NCBI GenBank assembly: GCA_964016885.1
Contig: OZ024747.1
Span: 63,364,001-63,428,000 of the forward strand
Origin: Eledone cirrhosa
Taxonomy: Eukaryota
Direction: 5' to 3'
DNA length: 64,000 nucleotides
Shown: piece after piece, positions 1 through 14,499 of the stretch
Layout: every line of letters starts with the position of its first letter
Position numbering within the stretch: position 1 is the first letter of the stretch
Notes under the pieces: generated by a model
Seen by the model: only the letters and a program-made list of their open reading frames with translations
What the model was told of the DNA's origin: nothing
Databases searched by the model: none
Program-made: the position numbers and the translations under genes

Positions 1-112
1 ACATTACTGGTACTATATTTTATTGACCCCTGAAGGATTAAAGGGAGAGCTAACTTTTGGTGGAATTTGAACTCAGAATATAAAGCATGTTGTCCAAGGC
101 ACTATTGATATT

Positions 113-450
113 GCATGGCTTAGTGGTTAGAGCATTGGCTTTGCAATCGAAAGGTTGTGAGTTCAATTCTCAGACTGGGTGATGTATTGTGTCCTTGAGC
201 AAGACACTTTATTTCACATTGCTCCAGTTTACTCAGCTGTAGAAATGAGATGATAGGGACTGGGGCCCTATCATTCCACTGCAAAGTGGTCGTGGAGGTG
301 CCACGGCAAAAAAGCACCCAGCACTCACTGTAAATGAAGTTGGTGTTAGGAAGGGCATCCAGCTGTAGAAATCAAGCCAGAATCTGTTCCCGTCCCACCC
401 TTACAAGCAGGGAAAAGCAGACGTAAAAATGATGATGATGATGATGATGA
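113..450 (+). mobile_element. tRNA-derived SINE family A (young; RTE-type tail)
   Basis: A box TGGCTTAGTGG, B box GAGTTCAATTC, core TCCTTGAGCAAGACACTT, (GAT)n tail. Near-identical copies occur elsewhere in the window. Confidence 0.9.
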
Positions 451-885
451 ATCTACCACCCCACATGAACTAATTAATATAGGGAGAATTTCATTAAAAA
501 GATAGTTACTAAAGGATTAATAATAGTGTGTAATGTTGGGAAATGATAATATACTCTAAATTTGTCACAATTCGAAAAATTCAATTTAGAGTCTTTTGTT
601 TAAAACATACAAGGTAACAAAACAAAAGGAACAATTAAATTCCTTCAAAATACATCTTAATTATCTTAAAACCAAAGAACACATTGTACAATGTGAATGC
701 ATTGTCTGAAAATAAGATTGGATTGTCAGGGTTGGAACTCTTTCATAAAATTCCTGCCTGACCAAATCTAGTGCTACACAGCATGAACAATAAATATAAA
801 TTAAGGCAATTTTGTTTAACCATTTTGTTACCAGGCCCACCTGAAACCACCACCAATACAAGGCTATTTATGTTAAAGAGTTTAA

Positions 886-1098
886 CCCTTTAGCATTTAC
901 ATTACTCTCTAATTACTATTATATTTTCATGGTAAAGGCTTTACCTCACATAATTATCTCACATAATATATCGAATCTATGAGATTTGGATATTATTTAT
1001 TTTGAGAACACTACCTTAACATCAGTATGAGTGGCCAGTTTGAAGAGAAAGAGGTGAGAGAATTTTGACTAGATAAGGCCGGTTCAAATGTTAAAGGG
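886..1098. mobile_element. TTAA-flanked (piggyBac-type) MITE
   Basis: TTAA|CCCTTTAGCATTT...AAATGTTAAAGGG|TTAA, a 13-bp TIR matching at 12/13. Copies or fragments are at ~5266-5472, 7392-7582, 29382-29630, 57213-57426 and 57588-57722. Confidence 0.8.
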
Positions 1099-1760
1099 TT
1101 AATCTATCTAATTTGATATAGAAATCTCTAAGTTCTGTTCCAAACACCAGATAGATAAGACAATGTCTGTTACATTATTAAATTCTTTCAAATTCTTAAT
1201 TATTTTGAAGACTTTTGGAAAATCCTAGACAATATCTTTCCTTTGAAATATTGTAATGAAAGGTTAATATAATTATATTTAAAGTGTGTTGTTGTTTTTT
1301 TAAATTAAATGATTGAATGCCCAGGGGTTCAACATCTTTGATCATAGGTCTGCTTGATCAGATCTGACCTGAGGATAAAGAACAGCAACTACAACAAAGA
1401 ACTTTGTTTAATATCTTTTCTAAAACTATTTGTAGTTTCTATTTTGTTGTGTGGTTTGATATATATATACAAATATTATACATATATATATGTGTGTGTA
1501 TATATATATACACACACCCATATTATATAATATATGTATAATATTTGTATATATATATACACACACACACCTATCTATCTATCTATATATCACTGTACGA
1601 GAGATGCGATAAATGCTGCAGATCTACTTATGTTGTAATAGAATGTTTTCAATATGATCCATTAATTATGTAAGGTGAATTCAGTGCAATGTTAAAGGAA
1701 ATCAGAATTCTTGAAACAAAGGCATCAGAGTAAGAGATACAGTAAGGGGATATGTAACTG

Positions 1761-1815
<55 letters not shown>

Positions 1816-2384
1816 ATGTGTGTATAAATCAGAGATCATTTATATTACTATATTTTACTTACTACTGCATAGATATCCAAATAAACAACCACATACACAG
1901 AGACAATTGCAGACACACACAATTTCATAATCTCTATATTCCATGCAAATCTTATCCATCCTTATATTTTTGTGTGAAGTCTAGGGAGACGGACATAGTG
2001 TATGTAGCAGAATATAAACTAATATAGCTTCAAATGTAATATTACTTCAAGCAAGTCTGGAAAAGGGCAAGTAATCTTTGTACACATTTGCTATTACCAA
2101 AGCTAATACTGTGATGGATGAACATTGTTTACACCAGGAAAGTTTCTCTCTTAGGTGAAAGCATGTGTAAGGTGATTTTTTTAGAAAAGAAACAGTTATC
2201 CATGCATGTCAGTTTTTCCTCTCTAACTCTCTCTTCTGCCATTAGTCTAGTTCTTGAGAAAGGCAAATGCTGACACAGCATACTTTGATTTTTCAAGCCT
2301 TGGAGCTATGTAAAATAAAGCATGGACCCAGTGCATTCCAGGAATTGAATTCATGAACAGACCATCCTGTCCCTCTTCTTGTCT

Positions 2385-2795
2385 TCTCTCTTCTTCTTCA
2401 CCCACATATTCCTGAGAGGGTCATAGGGACAGAGTCCTCAAACACTCCTTCCTACGGGTCCTGTCAGAAGCAACCATCTCCAACTGGATCTCCAAGTGAG
2501 ACTAGCTGAGCTCATGGATGTTATCCAACCATCTTACTTGGGGTGTACCCTTGGGTCCTCTGTCGGTTGGTTTTGCCCCTAAAATCTGTCCAGTGATTCT
2601 TTCCTGAAACATTCTAACCACATATCCATAGTAACGGACCTGTAATCTCTCAATTCAGAGAAGTAGTGGCTCTACCAGGAGTGACTCTCTGATCTCCGAG
2701 CTACGCACTATATCGAGTAACGTTACTCCAAAGACCCTTAGGAGGGATCCTATTTTGGTTGCTTGTATTTGCAATTATATTCTTCCAGTCATTAC
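2385..2795 (-). mobile_element. RTE-clade LINE 3' fragment (same family as 45850-46350)
   Basis: The reverse complement aligns, including CCCATGACCCTCTCAGGAAT and the GAA tail. Confidence 0.85.
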
Positions 2796-2981
2796 CTGTG
2801 CTTCAGATCTGTCTCTTCATGCTCTTTCTTCACATCTCTCTCCCCCTTTCTCTCATCCCTAATGTATTAATCACCTCATTATAATCCTGCTTTTATCTCT
2901 GTAAAACCAAATTATAAATCTTTAAAAAACTAATCACCATCATTTTTTAATCTCTTGCATGATATTTTAGCTTTCCCTGTA

Positions 2982-3027
<46 letters not shown>

Positions 3028-3435
3028 TATTATTGTCTAGCTTAAATAAAGTATATATACACGTGCAGAGTCTCTATTTCATAACCTTATATATATATGA
3101 TTTTAGTTGGATTACAAGGAATTACTAGTTTCATAATATTTACTAGTAAAGGCATACATCCTCTAATATCACAAATCACATGCGCAAGCCACACAAATCT
3201 AATCATCAGCCATCTTTAAACCAATAGCATTTGAAATACTGGCTATTTTCCATGATAAGATGTTTCAAAAATATAAATAAAGCTTGATGTAAAGGATATA
3301 TATATAGCCCTCCTCCAATGTATTTATTTACTAAATGCATTATTATTTTGTATAATTGCTGAGTATCTCTAGAATAACAACCTCATCATCGTTTAACATC
3401 CCTTTCCCATGTGTATGTATATGTGTGATGATGAT

Positions 3436-3490
<55 letters not shown>

Positions 3491-4707
3491 ATGAGAGAGA
3501 AAGACACACAGAGTGAGAAATGAGTTCATTTATCTTGTGTAGGTGAAAAGAAGCATGCAATGAAAAAAAAGATATTTTTCCAATCAAGAAACTAAATAAT
3601 AATTTAATACACTATATATTTTCCCATATATATTTAATGAGCTATCTCTCCAGACAGTTTCTTTTGGCATATGATTAAATATATAGAGATATGAGAAAGA
3701 GTGAGAGAGGGATACTACTCGAATTATTGTTTATTTGCTTAACTGCAAAGTTTGTCTCTGTGTGTAAACATTTCTGACACCATGTCATACTTGATTACAA
3801 GTGACTGCCAAGAATGATATCATCATCATTATTATTTTATGTCTGCTTTCTATAATGACATGGAATGGATCTGGTGCCTTGTCTTAGACAAGACAAACAG
3901 GAGATAAACGTCTAGCTCATAAATTCCAGATGTTGTTTGGTTGCTACAGATAGATGCCCTTACTAAGCCCAACCACTTTACAGAATGCACAGTATAAATT
4001 TTGTGGTATAAGCATTAAATATATATATATACTTATGGCAAACATGTTAACTAAATGGAGTTGCTTATGCAATGCGCCAATCAGTAAATAATGATGCAAT
4101 TTGATTCAAGCACTCAACACCATATTTTTTCTTTCAAATATGATTTGTCAGTCAGAGTATATGTATGTATATATCCATATGTGGTTGATGGCAGAGAAAA
4201 AGTATTACTCAATACCTAAGTAGAGTTTTAATTTTGATTTATATTAAAGTTAAGATATGAGTCTTGTTACTCTGTAGTGTTGCATGTTTATCACATATAC
4301 AGATACATACACAAAAGTAAACATAGTGAAAGACACACATACAGGTAACTGATACTAGCATAGAAAAATGGATATTAAACGGTGATGATGATGATATGAT
4401 ATGCTTCAACGCAGAAGGCATTAGTCAACATGTGGCTAGAGTAGAACTTACATGCCTAATTTGCTGTGCAGTGGGACTGAATCAAGAACAATGTATTTGA
4501 AATTTGAACTCTTTAACCACACAACCACATATGTTCTCTACCATTAAGTTTATGATCTTTTATTCTTTATATAAATATATATATTCCATTCATGTCTGAC
4601 ATAATACAACTTAAAGTTTTTCCATGTTTTTCTGTTTATTAACAAACAGCAGTTGTAGTTAAACTGAATATATAATTATTGAGTTTATTATGTGAATATA
4701 TATATAA

Positions 4708-5030
4708 GGCTTAGTGGTTAGAGCATCAGGCTTACAATTGTGAGGTTATGAGTTCGATTCTCGGACTGAGCTTTGCATTGTCTTTTTGAGCAAGACACTT
4801 TACTTCACATTGCTCCATTTTACTAATCTGTAGAAATAGGTTGTGATGTCAGCTGTATCAGCTATTGATCTTCCCTTGGATATCATCAGTGGCATGGAGA
4901 GGGGAGACTGGCAAGCATGGGTGATTGCTGGTCTTCCACAAACAACCTTGCCCGGACTTGTGCTTTGGAGGGGAACTTTCTAGGTGCAAATCCCATAGTC
5001 ATTCATGGCTGAAGGGGGTCTTTACCCTTT
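4708..5030 (+). mobile_element. SINE family C (family A head and core, different tail)
   Basis: Shares the tRNA head and TTGAGCAAGACACTT core, then continues GGAGAGGGGAGACTGG...GTCTTTACCCTTT. A second copy is at 25270-25598. Confidence 0.8.
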
Positions 5031-6219
5031 ACTCATATATAAATTAGTGAGCACAACATCAAAATCGTTAGCATTTCAAATATATATTAAGTTATTTATA
5101 TGCGCAGTTATAACCAAGAAATGGGAATAAAGTCTACAGGATTTAACTCTTTTAATGCCAACCTGCCCAAAACAGCCTCTGGTTCTATGAAACAAAATCA
5201 CCAATCTTATAGGGTTCCTATTTAAATTAAAGTCTTTCCACATTATTTGATATAAGAACCTTGTGTTAACCCTTTAGCATTTAAACCAGCCATATCCGGC
5301 CAGAATTCTCTCACCTCTTTCTGTTCAAACCAGCTGCTCATACTGATGTTAAGGTATTGTTCTCAAAATAAATAATATCAAAATCTCATGGATTCGATAT
5401 TATGTGAGGTAAAGCTTTTACCATGGAAGTATAATAGTAAATATAGATTAATGTAAATGGTAAAGTCTTAAATTATGTTAGAAATATCATCTTGAGAACA
5501 GAATACTTAATAATTTGAGTAAATCCTTTCAAATTTATCTTTAAATAGTTGCAATAGGAATATGGTAACAACTGAGTTAAAGACCACCGTCTAGTTACTT
5601 TTGTTTATATGTGAATGAAATACTTTTAGTTAATTTACCCTGTTCAGTTAATTAGTTTATGTATTCCTACCGGGTTTACAATAAATAGTTTAATGTATGG
5701 TTAACTTATTAATTCTCTAGAGTAATATTTAATATAAATACATCCATCATAAATGTTTACCACATATGTATATCTTGATCTTATATAAATATTTAATCTA
5801 TACACCATGTATGTTTTTTTTGTTACATCTGTACATCCTCATCATTGTCCATTTTGCCTGCTAGCAACAAGTATTTAAATTAATAGATCTTTGAGTAAAA
5901 CATTCTTGAATGAGAACTCAACAAAACTAGAAAGTTTTATATTTTTATGATCGATATTCTACGAAATATACTTTTAACGTGAAAATGTTTTATCAATACC
6001 AAATTTATTCTTAGAAATATCGAGAAATATAATTTATTAGGATATTTATTGATATTGTAGCATAGTTTCAGTAGGGACCACAGTGCTATATCAGCCATAA
6101 TAACAATTTTTTCCATATATTATTTTGACAAAAAGTCGCACATATTATATATAAATAAATATATATATATATATATATACGATATTACTAAATGGAAACT
6201 ATATTTATAAAACCATATT

Positions 6220-6284
6220 TATTTCATTATATATATTTCAAGGATACCAAGTTACATTATGGTATGCCTTCATCAGACAAAATA
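6220..6284 (-). ncRNA. Minimal type I hammerhead ribozyme (intact core)
   Basis: Minus strand reads UAUUUUGU-CUGAUGA-AGGCAUACCA(loop)UGGUAUCCUU-GAAA-UAUAUA-UA|AUGAAAUA. Stem I is 8 bp (2 GU), stem II is 10 bp (1 mismatch), stem III is short and palindromic, and the cleavage site is AUA. Confidence 0.75.
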
Positions 6285-9200
6285 CAATATATAACAGTTT
6301 TATAAATAGACATTGACGTACCCCTTTAAAAATTGACCGTTGTTTTTGGAGGCCATCAGGATATATATATAGCTACAGATACAAAAAGCATATTATTATT
6401 ATTGACAGTATCGGTAGAGCATCAGAAACCATGCTTTGCAGCATAAAGTTAAGTCCCTTTATATTCTAAGTTAAAATCCCTCTGAGGTTAGCTTTGTCTT
6501 TCATCCTTATGGAGTCGATAAAATGATGTACCAGTAATGCATTGGGGTTGATTTAATCAACTTTCTCCTCTTTACAAATTGTTGGCCCTGTGTAGAAATC
6601 CTTAATATTATTATTTTATGATATAAATATTTTGGCTGTGATGCCCACCTTTAGTGAAATGGTGAGGTGATGATAACTAGATGTCTGCTCCCAAAGTTTG
6701 TTACAGATTGAAATGTGTAGAAGATAGCATTAGCGGCATTAACCAGGGTGGTGTGCTAGACTTAGCAATTGAAAATAGACTAACATTTCCAATAAATACA
6801 AATTTGTTGAATGTATCTAAAAATTAATATTAATAATAATTTTGATTATTAGAATTTGGTTGTTCTTCTTAATAACTGGGTTATTGGACTTTCAGTTATG
6901 TGTTAAAACCTAACTGCAGCATTTAGGGTTAAAACCTTAGATAAAATATATTATATTTCTTACCATTGAGTATCTTGTAAAATTAAGACTGCATGATCAT
7001 ATTTCTAATGGAATGCAATGATTATATTTCTAAATAATGAAGAAGTTTGAGGGAATAACTAAACTTATTTCATTACAAAGATTCTAATTTAACATGGTTC
7101 TTATATAAAAATAGAAATATATTGGATCTTAATTTAAATATGAGCCCTTTAAAATGTGTAGTTTTGTTTCATAGAAACAGGCTGATATCAAAAGGGTTAA
7201 CCCTTTGAAATACACTCTATTTTAATTAATCAAGGAATTTACTAAAATTATTAGTTATTTCATTATTAAGATAGTTACTTAATGTGAGGTTCTTATATAA
7301 AAATATGTTGGAAGATTTTGATATGAATTGGAAACCTTTAAAATAGGTGGTTACAGTTCATAGAACAAGAGCAGGATTTGGCTGAGTTGGTAGCATTTAG
7401 ATTACTCTATATATACTATTATATTTTTATGGTAAATGATTTATCTTACATAATATCGAATCTATGAGATTTTGATATTATTTACTTCGAAAACAATACC
7501 TTAACATCAGTATAAGTGGCTAGTTACAGCCAGTTTGAACAGGAAGTGGCGAGATATGGCTGGTTTAAATGCTAAAGGGTTTAGGTAATTCATGAACCTG
7601 GCCACAACTGAAACCAGTAAAAGAATAAATTAAAAAAACAACACAACACAATTTGTGATCATGCTAGCTTATTTAGTTTCTATTATCTTATATTTCTATT
7701 GTTTCAAATATACTTTACCATTTCTTTCCTTTATTTGTTATATATCATGTAATTGTGATTTTACTACAAATTACTCTTTGTTATAAGAAGCAACTAATTT
7801 TCTCTGTGCATGATCAGTTCAATAATAATAATGGATGTGAACATTCTTATGATAATGTTTGTTTTTAATCATTTCAGCTATTTCAATATCACTATTTAAT
7901 CATGAGAAAAATACTTCTTCCTATAAACTTTTCAAATGCAAAATATATTGAAATATTAAATTCCAGTTATAACAGCATGCTTAAAAATATTTTCTTTGAG
8001 AGAAAGAATTACTGTTGTATCTATTTCAACAGTTTTTGTAATGCAGCTGCATATGTATGTCTGAAAACAACATTTTGCCTGTTTTTGTTTCTGTAATTGT
8101 TGTTGAATGTATGTCAGTGTGTGCATCTTAGTCAGTAGAATATATTTTTTTTAATTCTTATTTCTCAGAAATTGAAGGCAATGGACATTGTTTTTCTATT
8201 TGCTTTACAAGTTACTTGATATGAAATTATATATTGAAACAGATACATTTTCTACTTTTGGTGCATCATGCTACCAGTTAAAACATGCACTAGTTATGTT
8301 TCATTGCTAAAGCCCTTTTGTCACAGCTTGTGATCTTATCAATGATTTTTGCCCTCAGTGTCTTTTATTTGTCTTAACTTAATTTGAGTAAAGTTGAAAG
8401 CTAGAAGTAGATGAGACACAGTGAGCTAAAGACATTGATAAGGTTACAGATTGTGACCAAAGGACTTTAACAATTAATTTGTTGATAGATGAATTAATTA
8501 CCTAAATAATAAAACCAAAGTGAAAATCAATTGATGTCATCATCATCATCATCATCATATGCCAGTTTTCTCTGACAAAGTACAGCAATAAGTAAATACT
8601 ATACATATATAAAATAATAGAAAAGTGACCCTTAATTGGCATAGAAAAATTATGGAATTTTTATTAATTAAAATTACAGAATAATGAGAAAAGGTCATTA
8701 TTTAAAAAGACTAATTTGCATGTGTGTGTGTGTATCTAGCTGTAGAAACACACACACACACACACACAAAATTTCACTTGCAAAACATGGTTTTATCTAA
8801 ATGACACATGCTCAATAAGCCATCCAATAGAATCAAACTTAGGACCTAGTGGTTGTGAAGCAAACACCTTGACCATTTGGCCATGCTACTTACGCACATG
8901 TACAGTGTCGATCTCCATATGCACACTCATACTCAGACATTATTTCTACCTAGTTCTGCATTTCTTTCTTTTCCTCCAACCCCCTCTCTCGCACACACAC
9001 CCTCTGACACCCACCTACTTTCTCTCTCTCACACACACACACACTCTGTCATACACACTCTTCTCTTACACACACCCTCTTTCACACATACACCTTTCCT
9101 CACACACACCCTTTCACACACACACACCCTCTCACATCCACTCCTTGTTTTCATTTAATTTGTCATCACTTTTTAATTGAAAAAAGATATTAGTTTTAAT

Positions 9201-12200
9201 TAAAACTGACCGAAACTTTTATTCAATAATCTGTCAAATGTTTTTAACAAACAGAAGTAATGGAATGCATTTTTCCTTCTCTTTCCTTAAAGACACTTTA
9301 AAAAAAAAAATGTTATTCAGTTTTATAGAATCTGACTAAAATCTTAGTAATTTCTATAAATACTTTAGCTCAAATATGTGCTTCCCAACATTGCAATAAA
9401 TGAATATATTAGCTTGAATTAGAGAGGCTAGATTTCAAATATTTTTTCATACTATATCAATTCTTCACATAATAACGTGACTACTTAATCAAAATTATAG
9501 AATATGATTTTTAGACTCCTCAGTTGATAGAAGATTGATCCTCCTAAGAATATAAAGCAATAAAAACATCATGCTATTAAATTTAAAAGGAGCAATTGGA
9601 AAGACACAAACTTATTAAACAATATTTGATGTGTACCTTACACAATGGTAATGAAATGAAACAACCGAAGGCATGCTGTATTTGAGAGGACTCATTGAAC
9701 CCAAGCAAGCATGGAAAAAAGACAACCTGACCAAACCCTGCCAGGGGATGTAAAATGATGGTGTTGGCATTAGAGAAAATATCCAGCTTTAGAGACCAAT
9801 GCTAAAACATGGAACATATGAACAAGATGTAGTTCTCTGACCCATGTAACCTTCAACTGTGACAACCCATCCAACCCATGCTAGCATTAAATGCAGACAT
9901 AAAATGATGCAGATGTATATATATATTGGAACTGAATATTGATTCTATACTTATTAAAGAACTGCTGTTAGGACTATCAAGGCTATCTCTGATATAGAAG
10001 TAACTAGGGTGATTTATCTAGAAATTTCACTTCATTGAAAGACAATGTGATATGTCTGCTGTACTCCCAGAACAATTATGCTATTCTATTATTGATATGG
10101 AAAGAATCAGAAGTTCTCTGTAAATTACAATGTACAGCAATAGTCATCTTGGAGTCATTGTAGAGAGATTGTCATCACAGAATATATTAAACATTATTAC
10201 TTCTTTGTCGAATAGATGTATTAATTTAGTTTGTATTTCTCAACTGTTTTAGTTTATACAAGAGGCTCTATATTTCATTGTCTCTGTGCTTAGATCATTT
10301 TATCTTTTCTAATATAAATGCGTTTTTATTTTTACCTTAATACAATTATCTCAAATATTACAATAGTTTTTGTTCGTATTTTGTATTTTAAGAAATAGAA
10401 AAACCAAATTGTCCATGTCAAGATGTTTATCAAAGAACAAATACTCATCTTTACTGGGTATAACTAACTGAATATCTGTTTTACACATTCTGTTACCAAA
10501 CTGTCTGAAACTATCCCTGGTTCCCCAATACAAAATTGTTTATTTTAAAGTGTTTATCATCATCATCATCATCATCATTGTTAAACGTCCATTTTTCACA
10601 CTAGCATGAGTTAGATGGGTCATCCCATTTGAGGCAAGTTGGGTCAGGTGACTGTTTCTGGCTAGGTTTCCTAACACTAACCCTGAGTTCTGTAAGTGAA
10701 TGCCTTTCCTAACACTAATCTTCATACATTAGAAAATATTTAATAAACAAATTAGAGACAAAATGTCTGTGATGCACTGAACTATGGATCACATGTTCAT
10801 AAGTTCAAATCTTACCCCCAAGGACAGCTCACATTGATTACAATATCATTAGAACTCTTTTGACCGTCTAACTGAAAAAGATGTAGATTTTTCCTGAGTT
10901 TATAGTTGATTGGTTAGCTGTGGAATGGATCTTTAAATGTGAAAATAAATTTCCCACATGACCCTTTCTTACTAACACTATCATCAGAGCTGGAGTATGG
11001 ATATTTAGCTCTACAATGCAGGCTCCATTCTCACAGTCAAAATAATTTCAACTCTCAGCTTGGCATACTGATGTAACTACCTAGGCTTTGACACTTCCTG
11101 CTCTGACCACATGAAGAAAATTACCAAGTCAACACTTTCTTCTATAAAATTCACACACCCACAAACCAAATCATGTGACAGGTTATAACATTATACAACC
11201 TTCTGAATATTTCTACATTTATATGTTTAACTGTTCGTCAATCAATGATAAACATTGATTGCAAGCTAAATTATCTTTATTTATATAAATATACTGAAGC
11301 AAAAACCAAACCAAACAGTGAGTTTTTCTAGTTTTTTTTGCAATATTAGGACAACATGACCCTCCCCAAATATAACAATATCTGTTTTAACACATGATTT
11401 CATATAAAAAATCTTGCAAAACAAATACATTGCTGTGGATTTATCCATTAATTGCAGGAAATTATATATTTAATTTAGTTATACAAATTTGTATAAAACC
11501 CAGTTTAAACTTCAGTAATGCACTCCTTTAAGGTATGTGCTCTGGGTGGCTACCAGATGGCCTTTATGGTAGCACCAGCCCATAAAAAAATAATATAAAA
11601 TATTAAATAAGTAAATAAATATCGGGATAAGGTAATGATCAAGTTAAACCTTTTTATATTGTGTTGCATTTCTATACAGTCTAACCCATGCAAACCTGGA
11701 AAATAGAAGTTAAATGGTGATAACAATGGCTTCTATGGTGAACTCTACCAAAGATGACCTTGATGAAAATAACCTGGATCAGTAAAATAAATTGCTGAGT
11801 CTGACTTTGCCTTTCAAGGTCAATATAATTTTAGCCCAAATTGGCCAAATTGTTAGACTTTCAGGTGAAATAGATTCTGGCATTTGTTACAGCAATTTGT
11901 GTTCTGTGTACCTCTGTGGCTGATGTATGTAGTAGGCTTAATCTGCCACCCAGTTTAACACTACCACATAAAACTCGGGTACTTTTAATAGAATTCAATC
12001 TCTTGCAAGCATTCTGGCTAGGTTTTCAGTTTTGAGGTTACCTTCCCTTAATTTTTTCGGCAGTCTTGGCAGCCCCCAAAATAGCCATGAGCACTATCCT
12101 TCCCTCCTATCAATCTTGAAGGCCTTGAAAAAGGGCTCTAAGTACTGCTATTCCCACCTCTGATTAAGCTTGAAAAAATTGTCGTTGCATTTAGATCTAT

Positions 12201-12905
12201 TCAGAAAGAATGCTGACTCTGATATTAAGAACTACAACAGAAATGTTTAGTGAAAGCATTAATAACAACAATAAATTTTACATCGGACTATATAGTAAGT
12301 CAAGCATTGAGAAAGATAAGTCAGATTTTTCTATCAGTTATATTTTGTTGCTAACCCTCAAAAGACTATATATCTTCTTGGCTGAAAATTTATTCTGCTT
12401 TCTGATGTAAGACTAAATAATCTTACATTAATGTTGCCTTTCAAATTTATTGAAGTTGTCTGAAACTGTTGATTTATTTTTTGTTTCATCTCCTATGATT
12501 TATTCATCTCCAGCCTCTTATGAATTCATTAATGTTTTAAGTGAAAAATGTTCTCAGTGCTCCCATATATTATGACAGCAACATTTAGCCTGCACTGATA
12601 TTTTCTATTACAAGGGTGATGGTTTTCCAAAGTCGGTAGAGCATCAGGCAGAATGCCTTGTGTTATATATAGTTACAGGCCTTTCTGTTCTGGAGTCAAA
12701 TTGTACGAAATCAACTGTGCATTATATCCTTCTATCATTAAAAATAATTTAACCATGATGTATTGGGTTAGTGTTTATCCATTATATCCTCTGCCAAAAT
12801 GTTTTAAGTTGTTCAAATGTCAAATCAATTTTACAAATTACAAGATATTGTTTCTGAGCATTTACAATTTGTTTTGGTCTTCTCTATATTGCCATTCAAA
12901 GTTTG

Positions 12906-13126
12906 TTAACCCTTTAGTTACCAACCCATGAAATAAAACCACCCATTTTAAAGGTTTCCAATTTAAATTAAAATTAAAATCTTCCAACATAATTCTATAT
13001 AAGTACATTAAGTTACTCTCTTAGTAATGAAATAATTAATAATTTTAGTAAATCCCTCAACATTCTTCATTAATTAATTAAGATATTAATTATTTCATTA
13101 GAATAAATGCAGTCATGAAAGGGTTA
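12906..13126. mobile_element. Older TTAA-flanked AT-rich MITE family
   Basis: TTAA|CCCTTT...AAAGGG|TTAA. Related decayed copies are at ~6960-7390, 27600-27990, 30500-30705 and 62960-63223. Confidence 0.6.
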
Positions 13127-14129
13127 ATATTTATTATATTATTGGATATTTCACACAAGATTTAATACATCCATTCTTATCCATCATAGAAAATCATTGC
13201 TGTTGTAAAATACTAGATTCATAGATGAATCCATCTGCAACAATTTATCTACAGATACAATCTCCCTTACCATCCTCTGGGGAAATTGCCTTCTCCATTC
13301 TGTCTGTCAGGGTTGTTGGGAGGCCAGCATGTGAGACCCCATTTGCTCACCATACAGAGCGATGGGGAGGGCGAGAGAGATGGAGGCGATGACAGTGGGA
13401 GTTCAGCTCTTCCTCGTTCAGACCATATCCTTGTGATTGTGTTTATTATCTATATAGAAAATTATTTATTGTACAGTTTAATTTATCTGCAGTAATTCAT
13501 CTACACCAATTCTTAAACAACAATTCTTCTATAGATTCAATTCCTCTACAAAATTCACTTAGAACAATTCATTTACAGATACAACTAATGAACAAAAAAT
13601 GATGTGTAAATTAAAAAGGGTCTGAATAAATTTGATAGTTTAAGTGAGCAGCCATCATTTCCCCAATATTGTCTATCAGTAAAAAAGACAAATACCTCTT
13701 CAAATGTTTATCCAAGGTCCCTACTCTAATGTAGATTAATTCTCTCAGCTTCATTTAGTGTGGGGAAAGAATCAGCTTTATGGGAATACAAAACAATCTA
13801 CTTTTGTGAGTGTCTAAAAATGACATCATATTTATAGATTGTTTATAATGTTGCAGCTTCTATAGCCATAGTTTATGGAGTAGATATCTGCTTGTTGAGT
13901 ACTGTCATATGCAACATTTAACAAAATCAAACCTGTGTCATTCTTCTACCAATAACAATAGAAAATTCTTCACTTTACATGAGATGAAACGTTATTTATT
14001 TTTTTTTTTTTATTCAATATTTTATATTTCCTGGCAAAAATGAAATTATGATATAGTATGGTTCCTTCAATCTCATGAAACTACCGAACACAATAGAAAG
14101 CAACAATCATTGTCATCAACATTACAATC

Positions 14130-14400
14130 ATCACCATCATCATTTGTTTAGATTCTTGGCAGAACATAGGTTTCCTGCAGCAATCTTTCAACATATTCTT
14201 TCCTGTATTTTTCTTTTCTTTTCATTCCATGTCATCTCTGTCATGTCCAATCCTTCTTTTGTTAATTTCTGCCATGTAAACCTAGGGTTCCATGCATCTC
14301 CTTTATCCCCTTTGAATCCCATGAATCCCAAGCGAAGTCTTACTTTATCAAATATCCCTCTGGTCTTCTTAACAAATAACCTAGCAATCTCCATCACTTC
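14130..14400 (-). mobile_element. Decayed RTE-like LINE 3' remnant
   Basis: PRFTWQKLTKEGLDMTEMTW resembles the (G)RPR.TW C-terminal motif; degenerate (TGA)n tail. Confidence 0.5.
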
Positions 14401-14499
14401 TATTTGTTAATTAAGGAGCTCCTGCTTGGCTAGGGATGAGAGTTGTTTGTTGGTCATAATTTCTGGATGTGTATATAGTTAATGTGTTATGGTAAATAA

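Noticed and set aside
113-185. Possible tRNA gene
   Set aside because: A and B boxes are present but there is no proper cloverleaf, and it continues into a multi-copy SINE body.
10955-10995. CUGAUGA...GAAA on the minus strand
   Set aside because: No credible stem I or stem II; likely chance.
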